Shown here in pieces: positions 39,895-50,652 of a stretch of 64,000 nt of DNA (the stretch's first letter is position 1; every line of letters begins with the position of its first letter). Source of the stretch: Alphaproteobacteria bacterium (lineage in GTDB: Bacteria > Pseudomonadota > Alphaproteobacteria > CAAHEQ01 > UBA3637); NCBI GenBank assembly GCA_017467335.1, contig JAFTSJ010000009.1, positions 852 to 64,851 of the forward strand. Reading direction: 5' to 3'. Both the position numbers and the translations under genes were made by a program. The notes below the pieces were generated by a model, which was given only the letters and a program-made list of their open reading frames with translations, was not told the DNA's origin and did no database searches.

Positions 39895-39923
39895 ATTGTA
39901 CGCTTAAAATATTTTTTTGTCAA
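39895..39923 (-). promoter_or_regulatory. near-consensus sigma70 promoter for the 525-aa orphan gene
   Basis: Minus strand TTGACA-17 nt-TACAAT. Confidence 0.6.
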
Positions 39924-40094
39924 GAAAATTGTTAATATTTTCTTAAAAAACAAAAACAGCCCCTTTTCGGAGAAAATAAAAAATCATAACGCTGTATTTT
40001 TCAAAAAAAATTGCTGTTTTTATTTTTTTTTCTTGCACTTTTATACAAGAGATTGTAAAAAAAGAGCGTATTAGTTTAAATTTTAGGAAATAAT

Positions 40095-40472
40095 ATGAAA
40101 AAAATTATTCTTGCACTTATCACGGGCATTTTGATTGTTATGGGAACAACTGCCTGTTCTAAAAAAGAAAATCCAAATGCTGACATTGTTATTTTTTCTC
40201 AAAAAACATGTCCGCATTGTGTTCATGCAAAAACGTTCATTGATACAGAATTGAAAAAGACCATTCCGAATGTTTCCGTTCAAGATTATGACATTCGGGC
40301 AAGTCAAAAAAATTATGAATTGTTTATGCATGCCGTTCGCCGTTATAAAATCGATGCAAATCGTGCCGGCACACCTTTATTTATCGTTGATGACAATGTT
40401 TTAATGGGGTGGAATGATGAAATCCAATCAAAATTGGTTGAATTTGTAAAACAAAAAAAATCGGCACAATAA
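40095..40472 (+). CDS. thioredoxin-fold (glutaredoxin-like) lipoprotein
   Basis: Signal peptide ending in a lipobox-like MGTTAC. CPHC active-site motif followed by a glutaredoxin-like fold pattern (GTPLFIVDD). Confidence 0.65.
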   Translation: MKKIILALITGILIVMGTTACSKKENPNADIVIFSQKTCPHCVHAKTFIDTELKKTIPNVSVQDYDIRASQKNYELFMHAVRRYKIDANRAGTPLFIVDDNVLMGWNDEIQSKLVEFVKQKKSAQ

Positions 40473-40511
40473 TATAGGAATTTTTAACATAAATATATAA
40501 GGAGAGTAAAA

Positions 40512-41444
40512 ATGAAAAAAACAAAAACAATTCCGGAAACATTAACTGTTACTGAAACACCATCTTGTTGTTCAACACATGATTGTTGCTGTGGTTCTGA
40601 ATGCCATTGTCATTCAGAAAAAACAAGCGGTTGCGGATTAAAAACAGTTTTGATGGCTGCTTCCATGTGGGGTAGTGCTTTTGTTATTGCCGGTTCTATT
40701 TTAATGTCCGGTGGTCCAAGTATTTCACCGATTCGTCCGATTGTAACACCGAAGGCACCAACTCCGGCTGTTGCTCCGGTTGCAACTTCTGACGAAGCCA
40801 TGAAAAAATTCGTTGAACAAAATCCGAAATTGATTTTTGAAACAGTTCAAAACTACTTAACACAGTTGGAAAAAGAAGCTCGTGCCGCCGAAGAAGCTAA
40901 TCCGAAAATGGCTCCGCAAGAAATCATTGATGAAATTTTAGCTGATAAATCAAATTATTCTTTGGGTAACCCGAACGGTAAATACGTTATCATTGAATTT
41001 TTCGACCACAAATGCGGATGGTGTAAAAAAACAAATGAAGCTTTAAAAGCCGCTCTTGCAAAACCGGAAAACAAAAATATTCGTTGGATTCCGATTGACA
41101 CACCGATTTTCGGTGAACAATCCGAAAAAATTGCTCGTTTCGTTTTAGCTGCCGGTAAACAAGGTAAATATGCTCAAATGCATGATGCCGTTTCATCAGC
41201 CAAAGCTTTTGAAGATGCCAACTTTGTTGAAATGGGTAAAAAAATCGGCTTAGATACAGACAAATTACTTGCTGATGCTAACAGTGAAGAATTGAAAGCC
41301 AAATTAGTCAAAAACCAAGAATATGCCGGTAAGTTAAACATTAACGGTGTTCCGATGTTAATCGTTAACGGCCGTATCAATCCGGGTGCTTTATTGGGTG
41401 ACAGACTTGAAAAAGCTCTCAAAGAAGCACAAGAAATGAAATAA
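40512..41444 (+). CDS. membrane-anchored DsbA-family thiol:disulfide oxidoreductase with Cys/His-rich N-terminal tail
   Basis: AAGGAGAG RBS. The N-terminal tail reads TPSCCSTHDCCCGSECHCHSEKTSGCG, followed by a TM helix and then a DsbA domain with FFDHKCGWCKK (CxxC) and GVPMLIVNG. Confidence 0.78.
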   Translation: MKKTKTIPETLTVTETPSCCSTHDCCCGSECHCHSEKTSGCGLKTVLMAASMWGSAFVIAGSILMSGGPSISPIRPIVTPKAPTPAVAPVATSDEAMKKFVEQNPKLIFETVQNYLTQLEKEARAAEEANPKMAPQEIIDEILADKSNYSLGNPNGKYVIIEFFDHKCGWCKKTNEALKAALAKPENKNIRWIPIDTPIFGEQSEKIARFVLAAGKQGKYAQMHDAVSSAKAFEDANFVEMGKKIGLDTDKLLADANSEELKAKLVKNQEYAGKLNINGVPMLIVNGRINPGALLGDRLEKALKEAQEMK

Positions 41445-41465
41445 TTTTTATTTCAAAAAGACACA

Positions 41466-41494
41466 AACGGGCTTGTTTTCAAGCCCGTTTTTTG
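41466..41494 (+). terminator. rho-independent terminator
   Basis: AACGGGCTT-GTTTTC-AAGCCCGTT followed by T6. Confidence 0.8.
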
Positions 41495-41544
41495 TTGAAA
41501 AACAGAACAAAAAAAATTGTTCATATTATTTATCTGAACAGATG

Positions 41545-43275
41545 TCAGTATTGTATTTGATAAAATTGTCGATAAAGTCCGTCTTGTTGCATTAACGTTT
41601 CATGTGTTCCGTCCGCTGTTATCCGTCCGTCTTCCAAAACAATAATGCGAGTCATTTTCGTTAATGTCGATAACCGATGAGCAATAGCAATAACCGTTTT
41701 ACAAGGCATAATTTCAGCTAATGCTTTTTGAATATAAAATTCAGATTCACTGTCTAACGCCGATGTGGCTTCATCTAAAATCAAAATCGGTGCGTCTTTT
41801 AAGATGGCTCGGGCAATGGCTATGCGTTGTCTTTCTCCACCGGAAAGCATAACGCCCCGTTCTCCGACCCGAGAATTATATCCATTCGGTAAACGCAAGA
41901 TAAAATCATGGCAATACGCTTTGCGAGCAGCGTTAAAAACATCTTCATCCGTTGCCGATGGACAAGAATAGCGAATATTTTCCATTATTGTTCGATTTAA
42001 AAGAGATGGTTCCTGCATAATATAAGCAATTTGTGAATGTAACGATTCTTGTGTCACATCAACAATATTCTGTCCGTCAATTAAAATGCGTCCGTCTTGA
42101 ACATCATAATAACGATTGATTAACTTAATTAAGGACGATTTTCCCGAACCGGAAAAGCCGACTAAACCAACTTTTTCGCCGGCTTGTATATCAAGTGAAA
42201 AATGCTGAAAAATCGGTTTGTTCGGTATATATGAAAATGACACATTATCAAAGCAGATATGTCCATTTGATATGTTTAATTGAGTTGCACGGGGTTTATC
42301 TTGAACAAGAATCGGACAATAAATTAAATCTAATGCGTCCTGCATAACGGCCCATTGCCCCATAAAACGAGCTAAAAATTCTAAAACGGCTCCTGTTTGG
42401 TATGATAAGGTCATAATAACCCCTTGTATAAAAATATAATCAGCAAATGATAAACGGTCATAGTACCAATAAATTAACGGCACGCCGGCAAAAAACGTCT
42501 GAATGACGATACGCCATAATCCTTGTTTCATATAAATACGAGTCATTTTAATAAAGCGTTGTTTTTCAGCTTTTGATGACGGTTTTAAATAAGAAAACAA
42601 ATATTTTTTTTCATACCGTAATCGGGCAAAACTTTTAACGGTTTCCGCATTGGAAATGCTGTCAACCACGGCTCCGTTTGTTAAAGAATTTAATTGTGCC
42701 CATTGTCGGTTAATCGGAACGGCTTGTTTGGCTCCATACCACATACAAATATAAAAAACAACCATTGTAACCGTTAAAATCAACCCGATTGATAAATTCA
42801 CAAGCAATACACTGATAACGATCGTAACAACACTTAAAAACGGTTGTAGTAATGACCATACCCCTAAAAAATACATTTGTTCAAATTGCGATATTGTATT
42901 TTTAACTTTTGTTGCAATATTACCGGACATTTCCTGTTCAAAATATTGAGGGGATTGATGATGTATTCGATGAAATAATTGTTGTGTCATACGTCCGATA
43001 AGATAAGGAATATATCGACTGTCAACAAAAATTTGAACATTCACAATCAGTGTTCTTAAAACAGCCAAACCGGCACTCATTAAAATCAAAATAACGGCTG
43101 TTGATAAAACGGTACTTTTTTCAATACCGTTTTCAGAAATTAAATTAACTAACCGTGAACCGAAATATGTTCCCGCCCGACCGCACGTATCAGCTAAAAA
43201 CATAATCAAAATACCAAAACCCAAAGAATATTTTAAAACAAATAATTGTGATTTAAAAAACTGTAAAACGGTCAT
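41545..43275 (-). CDS. ABC exporter half-transporter (TMD-NBD, ABCB/MsbA-like)
   Basis: 6-TM domain, Walker A GFSGSGKSS, LSGGERQRIAIARA and ILILDEATSALD. GGGAGGGA RBS before the ATG at 43275; the ORF is open to 43329. Confidence 0.88.
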   Translation of the reverse strand: MTVLQFFKSQLFVLKYSLGFGILIMFLADTCGRAGTYFGSRLVNLISENGIEKSTVLSTAVILILMSAGLAVLRTLIVNVQIFVDSRYIPYLIGRMTQQLFHRIHHQSPQYFEQEMSGNIATKVKNTISQFEQMYFLGVWSLLQPFLSVVTIVISVLLVNLSIGLILTVTMVVFYICMWYGAKQAVPINRQWAQLNSLTNGAVVDSISNAETVKSFARLRYEKKYLFSYLKPSSKAEKQRFIKMTRIYMKQGLWRIVIQTFFAGVPLIYWYYDRLSFADYIFIQGVIMTLSYQTGAVLEFLARFMGQWAVMQDALDLIYCPILVQDKPRATQLNISNGHICFDNVSFSYIPNKPIFQHFSLDIQAGEKVGLVGFSGSGKSSLIKLINRYYDVQDGRILIDGQNIVDVTQESLHSQIAYIMQEPSLLNRTIMENIRYSCPSATDEDVFNAARKAYCHDFILRLPNGYNSRVGERGVMLSGGERQRIAIARAILKDAPILILDEATSALDSESEFYIQKALAEIMPCKTVIAIAHRLSTLTKMTRIIVLEDGRITADGTHETLMQQDGLYRQFYQIQY

Positions 43276-43276
43276 A

Positions 43277-45037
43277 TCATCCCTCCCGCCGGCGTGTTTG
43301 AAGATGATAAAAATCAGCATAGGCTCCACCGGCTTTCAACAATGACGTGTGTGTCCCTTGTTGAATAATTTGTCCCTGCTCCATAACAATTAAATAATCC
43401 ATTTCTCGCAACGTTGATAACCGGTGAGCAATTGCGATAACCGTTTTATGTTTCATAACATCTGTTAATGCTTTTTGAATGTAAAATTCCGATTCACTGT
43501 CTAATGCCGATGTTGCTTCATCTAAAATTAAAATCGGTGCATTTTTCAAGATGGCTCGGGCAATGGCAATACGTTGCCTTTCTCCGCCGGAAAGGGTTAC
43601 ACCCCGTTCCCCGACAACTGTTTGATACCCGTTTGGTAATTGCATAATAAAATCATGGCAAAACGCTTGTTTAGAAGCCAAAATAACCGCTTCATCCGTT
43701 GCATCCAAACACCCATACCGGATGTTATCTATAATACTTCTGTTAAATAACGCCGGATTTTGTTCAATAACAGCGATGTGTTGCCGAAGCGATTCTTGTG
43801 TTACATCGGCAATATTTTGTCCGTCAATTAAAATACATCCGTTCTGAACATCATAGTAACGACAAACTAACTTAATCAATGATGATTTTCCCGAACCGGA
43901 TGCTCCGATTAAACCAACCTTATCTCCGGCTTGAATCGTCAAATTAAACCGATTAAATAATAATCCTTTACTTGTTTGATAAGCAAAATCAACATCTTGA
44001 AAAACAATATTTCCATGGGGTACAAGCAACCGGCGGTTTGTTTTATCCGATACGTGTATCTGTTGAAAAATAAAATTGATACCATCTTGAATCCCCCCAA
44101 CCTGACGGTAAAATTGAGATACCTTATGACCAATATCCATGGCAAATGTGGTCAAATAAGCGATTAAACTTTCAGCTAAAACAAAATCAGCTACCGATAT
44201 TTTGTTTTGATACCACAAATACAACGGTAAAAATAAAAATGTTGCCTGTAAAAATCCCCTTAAAATTCCCTGAACAGAAAACATCACAAATTCAGCATAA
44301 TATATTTGTCTGTCAGCTTTTATCCACGGCTTTAAAAATGTTAAAAAGTAAATATTTTCACGTTTTATTTTACCGTCATTTTTAACAACGGCATAATTAA
44401 ATAATGTATCCGTTAACACACCATTGGCTATTGAATATCTGTTATGTGATTCTTCGGAATAAACAATCATTTTACGAGCCGTTAAAAATAGAAACACCGC
44501 ATACAAAATAACAAATATAATCAACATCAATCCCATACTGACATGAATTTGTGTTAAAAAATAAAACCCGACACTTAACCGAACAAATGTTGTAAAAGGA
44601 GCTTCAAACGTGAAATTTAAATCAACAATCTGTTGCACGGTTTGATTGATTTTAGAAGCAATACGACCCGACATTTCTTCAGCAAAAAAACGAATGGAGT
44701 GCAGATGAGCCCGTTCGAACAAATCTCGTGTCAACAACATACCCAGACGGGGTATATAACGAGCTGTCAACAATCCTCTTGAATTGACAAACAACGTGCG
44801 AGCTAACATGAAGAATCCCAGTAAAAAAATATAATATAATGCCGTTCTTAATTGCGTTTCTTTATCACCGATTTGCGTCATAACACCGGCAATACGGGAG
44901 GCGTAAAAAAAGCCGGTTTGTCGGCATACTTCCCCTAATAAATTCACGCATAAAAAGCTAAAAAAGATGTATTTTACTTTAGAAAGATAAAACCAAATAA
45001 ATGCCCATACCTGTTGTGGCGGAGATTGTTTTAACAT
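43277..45037 (-). CDS. ABC exporter half-transporter (TMD-NBD, ABCB/MsbA-like), partner of the downstream gene
   Basis: Same architecture: GASGSGKSS, LSGGERQRIAIARA and ILILDEATSALD. Its stop lies 1 nt from the next gene's start. Confidence 0.88.
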   Translation of the reverse strand: MLKQSPPQQVWAFIWFYLSKVKYIFFSFLCVNLLGEVCRQTGFFYASRIAGVMTQIGDKETQLRTALYYIFLLGFFMLARTLFVNSRGLLTARYIPRLGMLLTRDLFERAHLHSIRFFAEEMSGRIASKINQTVQQIVDLNFTFEAPFTTFVRLSVGFYFLTQIHVSMGLMLIIFVILYAVFLFLTARKMIVYSEESHNRYSIANGVLTDTLFNYAVVKNDGKIKRENIYFLTFLKPWIKADRQIYYAEFVMFSVQGILRGFLQATFLFLPLYLWYQNKISVADFVLAESLIAYLTTFAMDIGHKVSQFYRQVGGIQDGINFIFQQIHVSDKTNRRLLVPHGNIVFQDVDFAYQTSKGLLFNRFNLTIQAGDKVGLIGASGSGKSSLIKLVCRYYDVQNGCILIDGQNIADVTQESLRQHIAVIEQNPALFNRSIIDNIRYGCLDATDEAVILASKQAFCHDFIMQLPNGYQTVVGERGVTLSGGERQRIAIARAILKNAPILILDEATSALDSESEFYIQKALTDVMKHKTVIAIAHRLSTLREMDYLIVMEQGQIIQQGTHTSLLKAGGAYADFYHLQTRRREG

Positions 45038-45122
45038 ACCTGAAACTCAACTTAACTCAAACGAACCTATGCTAAATATATCAGAAGATAATCATTCTGT
45101 CAATCTGATAACAAACAGCCGA

Positions 45123-47159
45123 TTAAATCGAGTCAATGGTCATTTGTTGTTCTTCTAATTTTTTAATGGTATCTCGTATGCGAGCAGCTTCTTCAAAATT
45201 CATTTCAGCAGCCGCTTGTCGCATTTGTTTATACAAATCATCTAATAATTGCGGAATATTATCTATTAAATCTTGTGTTTTCTTTGTTTTTTTATTGTCA
45301 ATATCGCTTTTTCCGACCAAATCATTAAAATCTTTAATTAAATCGGGTATTTGTTTTTTGATGCCTTGCGGAACGATACCGTGTTTTTTATTAAATTCCA
45401 TTTGTTTTTGACGGCGTCTGTTTGTTTCGTTCAGAGCCGATTGTAATGATTGAGTCATTTTATCAGCATATAAAACAGCTCGTCCATTTACATGACGAGC
45501 TGCCCGTCCAATTGTTTGGATAAGTGATGTTGTTGACCGTAAAAACCCTTCCTTATCAGCGTCTAAAACCGCAACCAATTCTACTTCGGGAATGTCTAAT
45601 CCCTCTCGCAACAAATTGATACCGATTAACACATCAAATACACCCAATCGTAAATCACGCAAAATCTGAATGCGTTCCAATGTATCAATATCCGAATGTA
45701 AATAACGGGCTTTAACCCCTCGTTCCGTTAAATATTCCGTTAAATCTTCGGCCATACGTTTTGTTAAAGTCGTTACCATAACTCGACTATTACGTTTTGA
45801 AACAGCTAAACATTCAGCCAATAAATCTTCAACCTGACCGGTAACCGGTCGAACATCACAAATCGGATCAAGTAATCCTGTCGGACGAATAATTTGTTCG
45901 GTAACAACTCCTTTTGTTTGTTCCAATTCAAAAGGTCCCGGTGTTGCCGATACAAAAATGGTTTGCGGACGCATTTGATTCCATTCTTCAAATTTTAAAG
46001 GACGATTATCCAAGCAACTGGGTAATCGAAAACCATACTCTGACAAGGTTGTTTTACGGGCATAATCACCTCGATACATTGCCCCTAACTGTGGAACGGT
46101 TACATGACTTTCATCAACAAACACCAATGCATCATCCGGAAGATATTCAAATAAGGTCGGTGGTGCTTCTCCGGCTTTACGACCGGTTAAATGACGAGAA
46201 TAATTTTCAATACCCCGACAAGAACCTGTTGCTTCCAACATTTCTAAATCATATCTTGTTCTAGAATCCAATCGTTGTGCTTCCAATAAACGTCCTTCCG
46301 TTTGAAAAAAAGCAAGACGTTCTTTTAATTCCTGTCGAATCGTTTTCAAAGCATGAGATAGAGCCGGTCGAGGCGTAACATAGTGACTGGCCGGAAAAAC
46401 CGTAATTTCTGATAAAGCCGTTTTTTTACGACCGGTTAACGGGTCAAATTCATAAATGGCTTCTATTTCATCACCAAAAAAACTAATCCGCCATGCTAAA
46501 TCTTCATAGTGGGACGGAAATATATCCAGTATATCGCCATTCAAACGAAATGTTCCCCGTTCAAATGCCAAATCATTCCGTTTATACTGTAATTCAATCA
46601 ATCGTCTGACAACATCTCGCACATCTACTTCTTCCGATTTATGCAAAGAAAACGCCATGGACGAATACGATTCAACTGAACCCAATCCGTAAATACACGA
46701 AACAGATGAAACCACAATCACATCCCGCCGTTCTAAAAGATGACGTGTTGCCGCATGCCGTAATCTGTCAATTTGTTCATTAACGGCCGAATCTTTTTCA
46801 ATAAACGTATCTGTTTTCGGAATATAGGCTTCCGGTTGAAAATAATCGTAATATGAAACAAAATATTCAACGGCATTTTGCGGAAAAAAAGATTTCATTT
46901 CCGCATATAATTGAGCTGCCAATGTTTTATTATGTGCCAATATCAATGCCGGTCGTTGTAATTCATGGATAACATGTGCCATCGTATAGGTTTTACCCGA
47001 ACCGGTAATGCCTAACAACACTTGGCTTTTTTTATGTTGACAAATACCGTCAATCAATTCCTGTATGGCTTGCGGTTGGTCACCGGCAGGCAGAAATGGT
47101 GTTTCCAATACAAACCCTGCCCGACCGGTTAAATTCGGTTTTTCATACATTGGTATCAC
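45123..47159 (-). CDS. uvrB: excinuclease ABC subunit B
   Basis: [15 protein letters not shown], helicase motifs and a C-terminal UVR domain ([18 protein letters not shown]). Probable GTG start. Confidence 0.95.
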   Translation of the reverse strand: MIPMYEKPNLTGRAGFVLETPFLPAGDQPQAIQELIDGICQHKKSQVLLGITGSGKTYTMAHVIHELQRPALILAHNKTLAAQLYAEMKSFFPQNAVEYFVSYYDYFQPEAYIPKTDTFIEKDSAVNEQIDRLRHAATRHLLERRDVIVVSSVSCIYGLGSVESYSSMAFSLHKSEEVDVRDVVRRLIELQYKRNDLAFERGTFRLNGDILDIFPSHYEDLAWRISFFGDEIEAIYEFDPLTGRKKTALSEITVFPASHYVTPRPALSHALKTIRQELKERLAFFQTEGRLLEAQRLDSRTRYDLEMLEATGSCRGIENYSRHLTGRKAGEAPPTLFEYLPDDALVFVDESHVTVPQLGAMYRGDYARKTTLSEYGFRLPSCLDNRPLKFEEWNQMRPQTIFVSATPGPFELEQTKGVVTEQIIRPTGLLDPICDVRPVTGQVEDLLAECLAVSKRNSRVMVTTLTKRMAEDLTEYLTERGVKARYLHSDIDTLERIQILRDLRLGVFDVLIGINLLREGLDIPEVELVAVLDADKEGFLRSTTSLIQTIGRAARHVNGRAVLYADKMTQSLQSALNETNRRRQKQMEFNKKHGIVPQGIKKQIPDLIKDFNDLVGKSDIDNKKTKKTQDLIDNIPQLLDDLYKQMRQAAAEMNFEEAARIRDTIKKLEEQQMTIDSI

Positions 47160-47182
47160 GGCAAAATTCCCCTTTCCAATGT

Positions 47183-48331
47183 TTAATCAACGGCGTCTTT
47201 GCTCACCGAAGATTTTTTTGCTTTCGGTTTACTTAATGTAACATGTTCCGTGCATTTTTTATGGAAGGAAGATGTATTTTTCATTTCACGCCATAATTCC
47301 TTCATCCCCATTGTGGCATCCTTTCCTAAACTTTTCAAGGTCACTTTCGACTGGGGTCGTGTTAATGAAATCGTTAATTGATACAAAATCAAAACAACAA
47401 AAAATGAAATAACGCCCAAATACCGAAGTGACCCAAACATGCCGAATATACCCATAACACCTGTTAAAAATAAAACATAAAATATACGTCTTAAAATAAA
47501 TTTAGGAGATATACCCGATGCCAAAGCCCGTTCACTTAAAAACATTTCACCTATCGGAAAAACACAATGCCTACGATAAATATTCAAAAAAACGGTTCGT
47601 AATACTTCCCAAACAGGATAAGCCAACATCACAAGAACACAAATACCTTGGGGCATTAACGATAACTGAATGAATAAAAAACCACTCATATACATTAAAG
47701 CAAAGATAATCGGAAAACCTAAATTTAAAAAAACATATTTGCGATAAATAAACCATAAAACCAACAACATCATCAATATCGTCACCCAAAACGAAAAAAA
47801 TGAGTCAGGTAACAAACCGAACATACTGCCCGACATCAGCAAAAACAATAAGCAAATAACGATATTGATTAAAAACCCTTTTATCGGCACACGGTCAAAT
47901 TCTGTATAAAGCATTATAAAAAATGCCCAAACAACAGCCAACCCCATTCGAACGACAAAAACACCCGCTGTATTTGAAAGACCATATAATGTATTCGGTA
48001 ATGCTAACGTACCTAAAAAACAAATAAAACTCAATACACAAAACTGCACACCGAACGGACGCAAATAGAGCATTGGCATCAATAAAATACCAATACCTGT
48101 TAAAGCCAAAATATAAATATGTTCCGGTGAAATAACCGACAATCCAAATAAATAGGCTATCCCCTGTTCCAAGACAACGAACAAAACAAACAACAGGGAT
48201 ATACCCCAAGAAATCCCCATTAAGGAAATTGATTTACATTTTTTCAAAAGAACAGGTAACAATAAAAAACGAGAACAAACAAAAAACAGCACAGCAACCG
48301 TTAACCAAATTCCAGTTTGTATCAATGCCAT
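47183..48331 (-). CDS. hypothetical polytopic membrane protein
   Basis: 382 aa with about 10 hydrophobic helices, upstream of and co-oriented with uvrB. No catalytic motif recognised. Confidence 0.55.
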   Translation of the reverse strand: MALIQTGIWLTVAVLFFVCSRFLLLPVLLKKCKSISLMGISWGISLLFVLFVVLEQGIAYLFGLSVISPEHIYILALTGIGILLMPMLYLRPFGVQFCVLSFICFLGTLALPNTLYGLSNTAGVFVVRMGLAVVWAFFIMLYTEFDRVPIKGFLINIVICLLFLLMSGSMFGLLPDSFFSFWVTILMMLLVLWFIYRKYVFLNLGFPIIFALMYMSGFLFIQLSLMPQGICVLVMLAYPVWEVLRTVFLNIYRRHCVFPIGEMFLSERALASGISPKFILRRIFYVLFLTGVMGIFGMFGSLRYLGVISFFVVLILYQLTISLTRPQSKVTLKSLGKDATMGMKELWREMKNTSSFHKKCTEHVTLSKPKAKKSSVSKDAVD

Positions 48332-48437
48332 TTTTCCCCCTTTTTAATTGATTTTATACCCTTACAATACAAAATAAATCGTTTTACAGATCACAACATA
48401 AAACGATTTATTGGTTTTCCGTACACTTAAAAAAATT

Positions 48438-48659
48438 TTAAGCTTTGTGACGGAAAGCAATACGTCCTTTGGACAAATCATAAGGCGTCATTTCAATTTC
48501 AACCTTATCACCGACCATGACACGAATGCGGAATTTACGCATTTTACCGGATGTATGTGCAATAATTTCATGCCCATTTTCCAAGGTAACCCGAAACGTT
48601 GCATTCGGCAAAGCTTCCGTTACCGTTCCCGTAAATTGCAAAACTTCTTCTTTGGCCAT
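48438..48659 (-). CDS. infA: translation initiation factor IF-1
   Basis: [53 protein letters not shown] is near-canonical IF-1. Confidence 0.95.
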   Translation of the reverse strand: MAKEEVLQFTGTVTEALPNATFRVTLENGHEIIAHTSGKMRKFRIRVMVGDKVEIEMTPYDLSKGRIAFRHKA

Positions 48660-48853
48660 AAAAAACTCCTTAAAAAAAATAAACTGGGCGTAGTTTATAA
48701 CATTTCAGATAAAAAAACAAGAAAAAAATGATTTATTTCTTGAAATATATTAAAAAAACACATAAAAGCCGTCAATTTGACAAAAACATCTCATCACAAC
48801 GTTATTTTATCAAAAACAATGTATTTTTTTAAGGTAAAAAATGCTTTTTTTCC

Positions 48854-48882
48854 TTGTAAAAAAAATATTTTTTTCGTACAAT
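48854..48882 (+). promoter_or_regulatory. sigma70-type promoter
   Basis: TTGTAA-17 nt-TACAAT. Confidence 0.5.
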
Positions 48883-48918
48883 GCAACATCATATGCTTTT
48901 ATTTTGAAAGGATAACGA

Positions 48919-50637
48919 ATGCTGTACCGTTCTGTTTTGTTGATTGGTCTTTGTGTTGTTTCGGCAACGGGGGCTTGGGCTCAAAAAGAAACAAATCTGT
49001 CATTGAAAGAAGGGCAAACACTTGATTTAGACATGGGGAGTGTCCTCATTTGTAAAGCAAATCAATGTGTTGCAACAAATCACAATATGAGTCGTGAATA
49101 TTTACACAATCAGGTTTTTTCTTTACTGTCGGCCAATACCGGTAAATCCATTCGCATATGCGAAGCGGATGCTGCAACGCAACAGTGTGTTCAAAACGGC
49201 ATCTCACTTCCAATTTATTCGCCAACAATTCAAACAATGGCTCATATTTCCAAAGCCCGTTTGGTTGATGCCCGTTCCGTTACGGATGTACCGGCTCATG
49301 ATTTTATCATTGACTATAAAATGAAAACAGGAGACATGTTTCCGTCTTGTCAAACAGCTTTATCTCGTGTCGGCACACGTCATGCCGGTTCGGTTGAAAT
49401 TATGTCACCGAAATTTAATTGTCGTTTAACACAAACGGGAACAACAACATTTAGTCTGGCTTATCATGTTGACTATATTGATTTTGACAAAGGGGTCATC
49501 GGAGCCGTTTATTCAATTGCCGCCGACAAACAACTTAAAGGGAACGGGTCAGGCTATGTCTTGTTGGATTTTGACAATGGTGTCAAGATGGATATCGGAG
49601 AAACATTCCCTTATCCGGAACAAATGGCAGCTCTGCAAAGCGGAGAAGTTGCTACATTTGATACACCGGGGGAAATCGAAGCCGTTTGGATGCGTCCGAC
49701 ACCGTTTTTGAACTTATTAACACCGACATTTTCACCTAACAACTGTCATACATTTGTTGGCGGATGTTCAGCACAAATGTTAAACAATCCGGAAACAGCC
49801 GTTCCGCCGGCACAAGCTAAACTGGATAAATTAACACCTCCGAATATTGCATCTACAACCGGCTTAATTATTCAAGAATTAACAACGGAACAAGTTGCTC
49901 CCGTTGAAAAACAAAAAGTAACAACAAAACGGCTTGTTCAAGAAAACGGAAAAACCGTGTATTCTGAAAAATCAACACGTCATTATGTCCGACAAACACC
50001 GGATTCTCCATTAACGGAAGAAACGGATAAAGCGGATATTCAATCAAACGGGAATGAACCTCGTCCGATTTCACAAGTTGTTCAAAATGCGGAAAAAGAA
50101 TATGCAGCAATGAAGCAATTCCAACCTTATACGCAACAACCAAATAAAGAAAAAGTTGCACCGACAAAAAAAACAATTTTACAACAATCAACGTCCAACA
50201 AACCTCGCCGTTTAGGTGAACCCATTAAACAAACAAATGTTGAAATTGTTGTTCCCCAAGGTGTTGTTTTATCTGATGCCGAACGTTCTTATATTGAACA
50301 AATTGCGTTACCTCATGTTCAACAAACACAACAGCAAGAAGAACAATCATCGGACAATCAGCAACCGTCTCAACCCTCTCAACCGTCACCGACGACAACA
50401 CAAGAACCGCAACCGACACCGATGCCAACACAAGAACCGCAACCGACACCAACCCTTGTGCAAACTGATGAACAACAATTACCGGTTGTTGCCGTCAATG
50501 GAAAAGAAGTTGTTCCCGTTACAGATGAAATACCCCAACAAACACAACAACCTTCCGTGTTTGATGAAGTTGCTCCAACTAAAGAAGAAAAATCTCTTTG
50601 GCAAAGTTTTACAGACGGAATCAGCAATTTGTTTTAG
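48919..50637 (+). CDS. secreted hypothetical protein with P/T/Q-rich C-terminal region
   Basis: Signal peptide ending SATGAWA/QK, a ~330-aa orphan domain, and then a low-complexity Q/P/T region including the duplicated TQEPQPTP(M/T)(P/L). Confidence 0.65.
   Translation: MLYRSVLLIGLCVVSATGAWAQKETNLSLKEGQTLDLDMGSVLICKANQCVATNHNMSREYLHNQVFSLLSANTGKSIRICEADAATQQCVQNGISLPIYSPTIQTMAHISKARLVDARSVTDVPAHDFIIDYKMKTGDMFPSCQTALSRVGTRHAGSVEIMSPKFNCRLTQTGTTTFSLAYHVDYIDFDKGVIGAVYSIAADKQLKGNGSGYVLLDFDNGVKMDIGETFPYPEQMAALQSGEVATFDTPGEIEAVWMRPTPFLNLLTPTFSPNNCHTFVGGCSAQMLNNPETAVPPAQAKLDKLTPPNIASTTGLIIQELTTEQVAPVEKQKVTTKRLVQENGKTVYSEKSTRHYVRQTPDSPLTEETDKADIQSNGNEPRPISQVVQNAEKEYAAMKQFQPYTQQPNKEKVAPTKKTILQQSTSNKPRRLGEPIKQTNVEIVVPQGVVLSDAERSYIEQIALPHVQQTQQQEEQSSDNQQPSQPSQPSPTTTQEPQPTPMPTQEPQPTPTLVQTDEQQLPVVAVNGKEVVPVTDEIPQQTQQPSVFDEVAPTKEEKSLWQSFTDGISNLF
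50398..50457 (+). repeat. 30-bp in-frame tandem duplication
   Basis: ACACAAGAACCGCAACCGACACC occurs at 50398 and 50428. Confidence 0.8.
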
Positions 50638-50652
50638 CACATAAGGAACGGT

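Noticed and set aside
41545-45037. Annotating the ABC pair as CydDC (thiol exporter) because of the adjacent DsbA genes.
   Set aside because: The NBD motifs (DEATSALD, LSGGERQRIAIARA) and near-identical NBDs look like generic ABCB/MsbA-type exporters. The genes are convergent, not co-transcribed, with the Dsb pair, and no cydAB is present.
47183-48331. Possible MraY/WecA-type glycosyl-phosphate transferase, suggested by a polytopic membrane protein near envelope genes.
   Set aside because: I could not find the characteristic DD / NxxNxxDGxDGL motifs. It is left as a hypothetical membrane protein.
50398-50457. 30-bp tandem duplication considered as a mobile-element or recombination scar.
   Set aside because: It is in frame and lies inside a P/T/Q-rich linker of a secreted protein. 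This is ordinary low-complexity coding repeat expansion.
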